Assembly (NCBI GenBank): GCA_964564675.1
Contig: CAZMBI010000005.1
Span: forward strand, 126 to 64,125
Reading direction: 5' to 3'
Source of the DNA: an uncultured Azospirillaceae bacterium
GTDB taxonomy: Bacteria > Pseudomonadota > Alphaproteobacteria > Rickettsiales > UBA3002
DNA: 64,000 bases
The notes under the pieces were generated by a model, which did no database searches, was not told the origin of the DNA, and saw nothing but the letters and a program-made list of their open reading frames with translations. This document shows positions 30,293-37,582 of this stretch, one piece after another. The translations under genes and the position numbers were made by a program. Within the stretch, counting starts at the first letter, position 1. Every line of letters begins with the position of its first letter.

Positions 30293-30865
30293 CTAGATGC
30301 TCAATGTATAGCCCAACGCTTCCTTTACTTGTAATTTTTGATTATTGGTCATATCTGCGAAAGGAACAGTAAATACATCATCGCTGATATTTTCAGGCGT
30401 TTCTTGAACATCTTTCAAAAGTGGCTCTCCGTCTATTTCAATTTTAGACAAAGCCTGCACCATCGCACTGTCGTCAATTGTCCGGTTTCCGCCTAACTTA
30501 ACCGTATCGAGCCGCGTCCCTTTCGTAATATTTTCGGGTGATATTTTCGGCGAATCATCAGAAACGATTATAGAGTCGAGGGAATCATTACCTCTTTTAC
30601 CGTTAAACATGCCTTTAATACCATCCCATTTGTGAAACGCAAAAATACCGCCGGCGATCGCCAGCAGCCCGAGCACAACCGGCACAAATCCTTTAATATC
30701 TTCCCATAAGGCTTCAAAAGTGGATTGCAGCAAATAGAAGAAGGCCACCACGGCGGCAATCCCGCCGCCAAGCATCCCCCAGCTTTTCATGTCAGCGTTT
30801 ATCAAACCTTCGCCAAGGCTTGAAAAAAAGTCACTCCATGAGCTATTTTCACCAGAATCTGACAT
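30293..30865 (-). CDS. Hypothetical two-TM membrane protein with an A+T-rich C-terminal soluble domain (orphan)
   Basis: 190-aa ORF with two clear TM helices (GMLGGGIAAVVAFFYLLQSTF, FVPVVLGLLAIAGGIFAF). I recognise no family. By hand count, 30301-30420 is 41/120 G+C. Confidence 0.5.
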   Translation of the reverse strand: MSDSGENSSWSDFFSSLGEGLINADMKSWGMLGGGIAAVVAFFYLLQSTFEALWEDIKGFVPVVLGLLAIAGGIFAFHKWDGIKGMFNGKRGNDSLDSIIVSDDSPKISPENITKGTRLDTVKLGGNRTIDDSAMVQALSKIEIDGEPLLKDVQETPENISDDVFTVPFADMTNNQKLQVKEALGYTLSI

Positions 30866-30963
30866 ATCCCGCTTTTTCCAACATCTTTTTGTTTCATTAT
30901 TTTACTCAAAATTTGCCAAACGGCGTGTGACAGTTTTGTGAAGATTGGTTATGTCTGAGCGTT

Positions 30964-31536
30964 ATGAACCCATCAAAACACACGCTACGCCAGGACATGC
31001 TGGCCAAACGCGAGGCGATTCCGGCCGCCACGCGGCTGGAAGCGGCGCAGGCCGTAGCCAACCATTTTGCCGACCACCCCTATTTGACCTATGCCGCCTC
31101 GTTCGCGGGCTATTATGCCATGCGCGGCGAGATGGATGTGTTGCCCGTGTTCAATCGGATGGCGCGTTTTCATAAACGCACCGCCCTGCCGGCCATTCAT
31201 GCACCCGAACAGCCGCTGATATTCCGCGAATGGCAGCCCGGCGTGCCGCTGGAAGCGGCCGCATTCGGCACCAAACAACCCCTTGCCGAACAGCCGGAAC
31301 TGGTGCCCGAAGTGGTGCTGGTGCCGCTGCTGGCGTTTGATACCGCCGGCCACCGCATCGGCTATGGCAGCGGCTATTATGACCGCACCATCCGGACGTT
31401 GCGCCAGACGCTGGAACGCCCGCCCTGGTTTATCGGTACTGCGTTCGCTATACAGGAAGTGCCACACATTCCAACAGACGAAAGCGACCAGCCGCTCGAC
31501 GGGATTTTAACGGAAGAGGGGGTGAGTGTATTTTAA
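30964..31536 (+). CDS. 5-formyltetrahydrofolate cyclo-ligase
   Basis: KHTLRQDMLAKR...VLVPLLAFDTAGHRIGYGSGYYDR...P.DE.D.PLDGILTE. Confidence 0.88.
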   Translation: MNPSKHTLRQDMLAKREAIPAATRLEAAQAVANHFADHPYLTYAASFAGYYAMRGEMDVLPVFNRMARFHKRTALPAIHAPEQPLIFREWQPGVPLEAAAFGTKQPLAEQPELVPEVVLVPLLAFDTAGHRIGYGSGYYDRTIRTLRQTLERPPWFIGTAFAIQEVPHIPTDESDQPLDGILTEEGVSVF

Positions 31537-31619
31537 CAGGCCAGACGCCCTGCGAACGGTGAACCGCTACGCAGGACCTGATGCCTATTACTCTGCTTAT
31601 AAATCAGAGAGTTAACGAG

Positions 31620-31829
31620 TTAGTCAAACTTGTCCGCTTGTTTACGGGCCAGCTTGCGCGCGCGGCGAACCGATTCTGCGGATTCGCGAACCCGGCGCTC
31701 CGATGGTTTTTCGTAATGCTTGCGCATCTTCATTTCCCGGAAGATGCCCTCACGTTGCATTTTCTTCTTCAGCGCACGCAGCGCCTGATCAACATTACCA
31801 TCACGAACTGATACTTCGACCAAACTCAT
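31620..31829 (-). CDS. rpsU: 30S ribosomal protein S21
   Basis: [43 protein letters not shown]. Confidence 0.93.
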   Translation of the reverse strand: MSLVEVSVRDGNVDQALRALKKKMQREGIFREMKMRKHYEKPSERRVRESAESVRRARKLARKQADKFD

Positions 31830-32095
31830 TACCCCCTTTCAGGCTTTTTTAGGCTATTTATAATAGCATAATAAACGCGTGGTTGTAAGGGATAATTTGC
31901 CCACTGTCGAGGATTTTCTGGGGTATTAGGCTGCCGTCATGCGCTCTGTCAATACGGCCCCATCAATCAACGCCGCCTGCCCGCTTTACGGTGCACCGGC
32001 TGAGGAATCTGTTCATAATTTGCAGCCAGCGCTTGACGGGCGCGACGTGGGATGTTCGCTTCATCAGGTTAACACATAAAACAAGGAGCAGTATT

Positions 32096-32368
32096 ATGCC
32101 AACAGTTGGTGGCGTCGCCGGTGACCAGTTAAAAAGCTATATTGAGCGCATCGAGCAGCTGGAAGAGGAAAAAGCCAGCTTGGCCGTTGATATCAGGGAA
32201 GTGTTTGCGGAAGCGAAGGCAAACGGGTTTGACACCAAAACCATGCGCCAGTTGCTGAAATTGCGCAAAATGGACCATAATGAGCGGGATGAGCAGGAAC
32301 ATCTGCTCGATTTATATAAGCGCGCGCTGGGCATGGCGCCCGATCAGGACGAAGCCGAAGCGGCATAA
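32096..32368 (+). CDS. gapR: DUF2312/UPF0335 family protein (GapR-like nucleoid-associated protein)
   Basis: GDQLKSYIERIEQLEEEKASLAVDIREVFAEAKANGFDTKTMRQLLKLRKMD. AAGGAG RBS. The ORF-track start at 31991 was trimmed. Confidence 0.85.
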   Translation: MPTVGGVAGDQLKSYIERIEQLEEEKASLAVDIREVFAEAKANGFDTKTMRQLLKLRKMDHNERDEQEHLLDLYKRALGMAPDQDEAEAA

Positions 32369-32372
32369 GCCA

Positions 32373-32984
32373 ATGCCGTGCCTGACACTGGAATCCGCTC
32401 ATGACGGCCCGGTCTGCGGTATTGATGAGGCCGGCCGCGGCCCGTGGGCGGGCCCGGTGGTGGCCGCAGCGGTGATCTGGCCGGCATCCCTTGCCGTTCC
32501 CGAAGCGCTGGCCGACTCCAAAACCCTCTCCAAAGTCACCCGGCAGGATTTATATAACCGAATTTACGAACAGGCACACGTGGGGGTTGGGGTGGCCGAT
32601 GTCGACGAAATCGATGAGCTGAATATTCTGGAGGCCACTAAACGCGCCATGCAACGTGCCTATCAGGCGCTGGAGGTGGCCTGCACCGCCGCACTGATAG
32701 ACGGCAACCAGCCGCCGGTACTGGCCTGCCCGGCGCGCGCGGTCATCGGCGGCGACGGGACCAGCGCCTCGATTGCGGCGGCCTCGATTATCGCCAAGGT
32801 CACGCGGGATCGCATGATGGCAGACTATGCCGAAACTTATCCCGTCTATGGGTTTGAGCGCCACGCCGGTTACGGCACGCCGCAGCATCGCCGGGCACTG
32901 GCCGAAAACGGCGTCTGCCCCCTGCACCGCCGGTCCTACGCGCCCATTCGTCGCCTTCTGGAAAAGGCTGCAATCCCCGCCTGA
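32373..32984 (+). CDS. rnhB: Ribonuclease HII
   Basis: VCGIDEAGRGPWAGPVVAAAV...DSK.L....R......I........ASIIAKV.RD..M.....YP.YGF..H.GYGT..H. Confidence 0.93.
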   Translation: MPCLTLESAHDGPVCGIDEAGRGPWAGPVVAAAVIWPASLAVPEALADSKTLSKVTRQDLYNRIYEQAHVGVGVADVDEIDELNILEATKRAMQRAYQALEVACTAALIDGNQPPVLACPARAVIGGDGTSASIAAASIIAKVTRDRMMADYAETYPVYGFERHAGYGTPQHRRALAENGVCPLHRRSYAPIRRLLEKAAIPA

Positions 32985-33003
32985 TCATGTTAATATACCC
33001 GCC

Positions 33004-33510
33004 ATGGCGCACGTTATCTACAGCAAACATCTGCCAAAATCGCTTAATACCCTGACCGAACGCCTGCTGCGTCCGGCCGGACGCAGGCGCGGCTTTGCCG
33101 AAGGCCGCCTGCTGGCAGACTGGCCGTTGATTGTCGGCGAGGAACTGGCCTCTCACGCAATCCCGCAAAAAATCGCCCGCCGCGGCAATCATCCCGGCAG
33201 CTTGCATATTATCACTGAGCCGGCCTGGGCGCTGGAACTGCAATATATGGAACCGGTCATTTTAGAGCGTATCGCCACATTTTTCGGCTACCGCCTCATC
33301 GCCCGGCTGGTCATTCATCAGGCCCCCGTGCCGCAGCCGAAACCGCCGGCTCCGCTGGCGCCGTCGCCCGACCCCCTGCCCGACTCGCCACTGTTCACCT
33401 CTCACGAAGACGGCCCGCTCAAAGACACACTGCGCCGGCTGGGTGCCGCTATCCACAGCCGATCCGCCGCTTGCAATCCCGCGAAGGATACGCAATATGA
33501 GGACGTATAA
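33004..33510 (+). CDS. dciA: DUF721 protein (DciA-type replicative helicase loader candidate)
   Basis: LADWPLIVGEELASHAIPQKIA...GSLHIITEPAWALELQYMEPVILERI, followed by a Pro-rich tail. The position next to the dsbA-like gene is typical. Confidence 0.65.
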   Translation: MAHVIYSKHLPKSLNTLTERLLRPAGRRRGFAEGRLLADWPLIVGEELASHAIPQKIARRGNHPGSLHIITEPAWALELQYMEPVILERIATFFGYRLIARLVIHQAPVPQPKPPAPLAPSPDPLPDSPLFTSHEDGPLKDTLRRLGAAIHSRSAACNPAKDTQYEDV

Positions 33511-33535
33511 TCAAAAAAACGAAGATGAGGCTGAT

Positions 33536-34210
33536 ATGATGCGACTAAAACTGGCTGCGGGATTTTTTTCCGTTTTAAGCGTTTGTGCATTGGTAGCGTT
33601 CTTTTCGTTTTACCTGGGCACCGCGCATGTTGAAGACGCCGCTGCCAGCGAGTCCGCCTCACTGCACCGCATGCAGCCCGATGACGTGGTGATCGGCCAG
33701 CCGGACGCGGCGGTGACAATCATCGAATATTCGTCCATGTCGTGCCCGCATTGCGCCACATTTTACAACAATGTCTTTCCCCAATTGAAAGAGAAATATA
33801 TCGATACCGGCACCGTCAAATTCACTAACCGCCAACTGCCTCTCAACGAACCCGCGCTACGCGCCGGCATGCTTATTCATTGCGTGGGCGAAGAGCGTAA
33901 CCCCAAGTTCACCAAGGTGCTGTTTGAACTACAGGACAAATGGGCGTTTGAGCGGAATTTCCTAGAAAGTCTCAAAAAAATTGCCGCTGTTGGCGGGTTT
34001 TCCAACGAACAGTTCGATGCCTGCATGGCCAATAAAGAAGTGGAGGAAGCCGTTCTTGAATCGCGTCAGGAAGCGGTCAATCAGCTGAATGTAAACGCTA
34101 CACCCACCTTTTTCGTCAATGGCAAGGAACTCTCTGGCAACGTCAATTTAGCCGTATTCGATAGCGCCATCGAAGAAGCGCTGGCCAGGCAGGAAACCGC
34201 TGGCGAATAA
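33536..34210 (+). CDS. DsbA-family thiol:disulfide oxidoreductase (membrane-anchored/periplasmic)
   Basis: TM/signal anchor, CPHC active site (YSSMSCPHCATFY), and the thioredoxin-fold tail NATPTFFVNGKE. GAGG lies 5 nt upstream of the ATG at 33536. Confidence 0.85.
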   Translation: MMRLKLAAGFFSVLSVCALVAFFSFYLGTAHVEDAAASESASLHRMQPDDVVIGQPDAAVTIIEYSSMSCPHCATFYNNVFPQLKEKYIDTGTVKFTNRQLPLNEPALRAGMLIHCVGEERNPKFTKVLFELQDKWAFERNFLESLKKIAAVGGFSNEQFDACMANKEVEEAVLESRQEAVNQLNVNATPTFFVNGKELSGNVNLAVFDSAIEEALARQETAGE

Positions 34211-34296
34211 GCCGGTATTAAAATAACAGGTCACACGCTTCTTGCTTGCACTCCGCTGTCCATTTCAGTAATCTCGCGCGCAATCAAGGAGCGGCC

Positions 34297-34620
34297 ATGT
34301 CAGACGATGAGCTGCAGGCAAAGCTCGACGCACTGAAACAGCGTCTCGAATCGGCACGCAAACCAGCGTCACCAGCCGACAGCAGCCACCGGCCAATGTC
34401 CTATGGCATGCGTATCGGGGTGGATCTGGTCTCGGGCGTGTTGGTCGGCACCCTGGCCGGTTACGGCTTGGATTACTGGCTAAACACCATGCCCTGGTTT
34501 TTACTGCTCGGCATGGCGTTTGGCACCGCCGCCGGGGTCAGGTTAATGATGGAAACGGCGCGTAAGGCCGCTGCCGAATCCGAACGGGAAGCACACGAGG
34601 GGAACGGACATGGCCGGTAA
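34297..34620 (+). CDS. atpI: ATP synthase protein I (AtpI/AtpR-like)
   Basis: Small two-TM protein immediately upstream of and overlapping atpB. AAGGAG RBS. Confidence 0.7.
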   Translation: MSDDELQAKLDALKQRLESARKPASPADSSHRPMSYGMRIGVDLVSGVLVGTLAGYGLDYWLNTMPWFLLLGMAFGTAAGVRLMMETARKAAAESEREAHEGNGHGR

Positions 34621-35350
34621 TAATCACAGCCCGCTTGCGCAATTCGAAGTCAAATCGCTGGTGCGCATGCCGGAATTATTTGGCTTCAACATCGACTTTA
34701 CCAACGCTTCGTTATTCATGGTGCTGGCGGTTCTTGGCATCTGGGCGCTACTCACCCTGAGCATGCGCGGGCGGGCGCTGGTGCCCGGGCGCTGGCAGTC
34801 GATGGTGGAGTCTTTATACGGCTTTGTCGCCGGTACGGTACGCGATAACTGCGGTAAGGAAGGCAAGGCCTATTTTCCGTTTATTTTCACGCTGTTCATG
34901 TTCATCCTGTTTTGCAACCTGCTGGGCATGGTGCCCTATTCGTTCACGGTCACCAGCCACATTATCGTGACCTTCGCCCTCGCTATTTTTATCTTTTTGA
35001 GTGTGACGCTGATTGCCATAATCAAACACGGTCCGGTTCAGTTTCTGGGCTTTTTCCTGCCCGCCGGTACGCCGCTTTGGATGGCGCCGATGATGTATGT
35101 CATCGAGCTGTTTTCCTATCTGGCCCGCCCGGTCAGTCTGTCGGTGCGTCTAACCGCCAACATGATGGCCGGTCACACCATGCTTAAAGTGATTGCCGGG
35201 CTGGTGGTTTCCTTCGGGTTGATTGGCGCGGCCCCGTTTGCGCTGCTGATAGTCCTCACCGGATTTGAAATCTTTGTGGCTATTCTGCAGGCCTATATTT
35301 TCACCGTGCTGACGTGCGTTTACCTCAATGACGCACTGCATTTACACTAA
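34610..35350 (+). CDS. atpB: F0F1 ATP synthase subunit a
   Basis: SPLAQFEV..., LSVRLTANMMAGH (essential Arg), five TM helices. Confidence 0.95.
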   Translation: MAGNNHSPLAQFEVKSLVRMPELFGFNIDFTNASLFMVLAVLGIWALLTLSMRGRALVPGRWQSMVESLYGFVAGTVRDNCGKEGKAYFPFIFTLFMFILFCNLLGMVPYSFTVTSHIIVTFALAIFIFLSVTLIAIIKHGPVQFLGFFLPAGTPLWMAPMMYVIELFSYLARPVSLSVRLTANMMAGHTMLKVIAGLVVSFGLIGAAPFALLIVLTGFEIFVAILQAYIFTVLTCVYLNDALHLH

Positions 35351-35437
35351 CTGAGGGAAATCGCATGGTAGCGGTTGATTTTTGTGCGACGCCCGTTATG
35401 ACTACTGCCAATCAATAAATTTGAAAGGGGATTTACC

Positions 35438-35665
35438 ATGGAATATGAAGCGTTGAAATATATCGGTGTGGGCCTGATGGCATTTGGCATGCTGGGCGCC
35501 GCCATCGGAGTGGGCAACATCTTTGCCGCCATGCTCAATGGCCTGGCCCGCAACCCGGCGGCGGAAAGCAAGCTCGCCAAATATATTTATGTCGGCGCCG
35601 GTCTGGCGGAAGCAATGGGGCTGTTCGCTCTGGTCGTCGCATTCATGTTGATCTTTGCCGTTTAG
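35438..35665 (+). CDS. atpE: F0F1 ATP synthase subunit c
   Basis: 75-aa hairpin protein, ARNP loop, [10 protein letters not shown] (carboxylate Glu). Confidence 0.95.
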   Translation: MEYEALKYIGVGLMAFGMLGAAIGVGNIFAAMLNGLARNPAAESKLAKYIYVGAGLAEAMGLFALVVAFMLIFAV

Positions 35666-35668
35666 TGA

Positions 35669-36280
35669 GTGACGCCGCACCATATGGCCGATTCCTATAC
35701 AACCGACGTGAGTGATGAGCCGGCAGTTGCCGGAGGATTTCAGGAAGTGATTGCCATTGAAGAGCAACACGACAGTGCTGCCGGCGGCATGCCGCAGCTG
35801 AATCCGGACTCCTTCGCCTCGCAGCTGTTCTGGCTTATCATCACGTTTGGTGCGTTGTATCTGCTGATGAGCACGCATCTGATCCCGCGGATCAAACACG
35901 TGCTGGAAAAACGACAGAATCAGCTCACGCATGATCTGGACACGGCGGAAAGAGCCAAGGAAGAGGCCGGCAAAATTCAGGCGGCGTATGAAAAGGAAGT
36001 GGCCGCCGCCCGGCAAAAAGCCAACGACAAGATCAACCAGACCAGCGAAATGATTCGTGAGCAGGCCGCCAAGGCGCACGGCGAACTCGATGCCAAACTG
36101 GCCAGGGAAATGGCTGCCGCCGAACAGTCAATTGCTACCCAGTGCGAACAGGCGAAAGCAGACATGCAACCAGTGGTTACAGAACTATCCAGCCTGATTG
36201 TCGAGAAGATCAGCACCGTCAGACCGGATGACAGCGCGGTCAATCGGGCGGTCAGTAAACAGATGGAGGAGCGCTCATGA
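35669..36280 (+). CDS. atpF2: F0F1 ATP synthase subunit b' (start uncertain: GTG 35669, ATG 35684 or ATG 35789)
   Basis: GMPQLNPDSFASQLFWLIITFGALYLLM plus a long Ala/Lys/Glu helix. The b'/b pair is typical of Alphaproteobacteria. Confidence 0.88.
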   Translation: MTPHHMADSYTTDVSDEPAVAGGFQEVIAIEEQHDSAAGGMPQLNPDSFASQLFWLIITFGALYLLMSTHLIPRIKHVLEKRQNQLTHDLDTAERAKEEAGKIQAAYEKEVAAARQKANDKINQTSEMIREQAAKAHGELDAKLAREMAAAEQSIATQCEQAKADMQPVVTELSSLIVEKISTVRPDDSAVNRAVSKQMEERS

Positions 36281-36768
36281 TGGAGTTGTTTTACTCACCC
36301 AGCTTCTGGGTGGCCGCTTCCTTTGTCGTATTTATGTGGGGCTTTATCAAATATGCCATGCCGTTCATCGTGCGTGCGCTGGATAACCGCACCGCACGTA
36401 TTCGCGATGAGCTGGACGAAGCCATTCGCCTGCGCGAAGAAGCGCAGGCCATATTGACCGACTATCAGAAGCGCTATGAAAAAATGCAGTCGGAGGCGGA
36501 AGCCATCCGCTCCCATGCCGAGCAGGAAGCCGAAGCCATGCTGGCCGATGCCGAGCGTGAGCTGAAAGCCTCCATCGACCGCCGAGCCAGGCTTGCGCAT
36601 GAAAAAATCGCCCGCGCCGAATCGGAGGCCATTCAGCAGATTCAGGCCAATATGGTTGATGTGGCGGTCAGCGCCGCGCGTGTGGTACTGTCCGAACAGA
36701 TGAAGCAAGGCGACGGCGATGCGCTTATCGAATCCACACTTAAAGGGCTGGACCGCGTCGTTCATTAA
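36277..36768 (+). CDS. atpF: F0F1 ATP synthase subunit b
   Basis: N-terminal TM helix plus a long amphipathic helix. ATGA overlap with atpF2. Confidence 0.9.
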   Translation: MMELFYSPSFWVAASFVVFMWGFIKYAMPFIVRALDNRTARIRDELDEAIRLREEAQAILTDYQKRYEKMQSEAEAIRSHAEQEAEAMLADAERELKASIDRRARLAHEKIARAESEAIQQIQANMVDVAVSAARVVLSEQMKQGDGDALIESTLKGLDRVVH

Positions 36769-37582
36769 GGGGCTGGCTAGCTGTTTGCTCATGCCGCTGC
36801 CCGCTTTTGCCGGCGGCTGGACCCAGCCGGAAGGCAGCTGGTATCTCGCCCAGAAAGCCTTTTTTTATCATAACGACACGTTTTTCACCCCCGATGGCGA
36901 GCGTCAGTCGCAGCCGGATTTTACCAAATATGAACTGAATTATTACGCCGAGTACGGCCTGCGTGACGACCTCACGCTGGGCGCCAATCTGTTTGTCCAT
37001 CAGGTTGAGCAGGAAACCGTCCGCGAAGACGGACAAACCCGCTTGTCGCTGAGCAATACCGGGCTTGGCGATAACGAGCTGTTTGTCCGCTGGCGTGTAC
37101 ACGAAGGCGAACAATATGCCCTCTCCCTGCAGCCGCTCATCAAGCTCCCCGCCGTCTATACCGCCAACCGCCTGCCGCGCGGCGGGCGCGAAGACGCCGA
37201 CGCCGAACTGGCTGCTCAACTCGGCTATGCTTTCGATGCGTTCGGGCGTTCGCATTATGCCGATGCCCGTCTGGGCTACCGGCATCGCTTCGGCGAGAAT
37301 ATCAACGACCAATGGCGCGCCGAAGTGGTCTTTGGCCTTAATCTGAACGCACGCTGGCGTTTTCTGCCGGCGATATACACTATCTGGGCCAGTGAAATCC
37401 CGGCAGATACCGCCTTCACCCAGTCCGGCGATAATGATTTTGACCTGATCAAGCTGGAAGGCGCTTTTGAATATCAACTAAGCGAACGCCTCAGCCTGTT
37501 GTTCGGCGCGTTCTCACATGTTGATGGACGCAATAGCGGTGCTGGCTATGGATTATTCACCGGCACGGGGCTGCGCTTATGA
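36719..37582 (+). CDS. Putative outer-membrane beta-barrel protein (start uncertain)
   Basis: Signal-like N-terminus ending LLMPLPAFA|GGW. Aromatic-rich sequence with alternating hydrophobic pattern throughout (YELNYYAEYGL, LTLGANLFV, WRAEVVFGLNLNARWRFLPAIY, LEGAFEYQLSERLSLLFGAF). Overlaps atpF by 50 nt at the ATG at 36719, and overlaps the next gene by ATGA. Confidence 0.55.
   Translation: MRLSNPHLKGWTASFIKGLASCLLMPLPAFAGGWTQPEGSWYLAQKAFFYHNDTFFTPDGERQSQPDFTKYELNYYAEYGLRDDLTLGANLFVHQVEQETVREDGQTRLSLSNTGLGDNELFVRWRVHEGEQYALSLQPLIKLPAVYTANRLPRGGREDADAELAAQLGYAFDAFGRSHYADARLGYRHRFGENINDQWRAEVVFGLNLNARWRFLPAIYTIWASEIPADTAFTQSGDNDFDLIKLEGAFEYQLSERLSLLFGAFSHVDGRNSGAGYGLFTGTGLRL

Noticed and set aside
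30770-30963. Possible 6S RNA (ssrS) upstream of the 5-formyl-THF cyclo-ligase gene, as in the conserved ssrS-ygfA synteny
   Set aside because: Only about 98 nt of spacer is available. The sequence is A+T-rich and has no complementary 5'/3' closing stem and no GC-rich internal stems. I cannot support a 6S call by eye; a covariance-model scan would settle it.
35402-36079. 225-aa minus-strand ORF across atpE/atpF2
   Set aside because: It is antisense to two strongly supported ATP synthase genes and has no independent coding signal.
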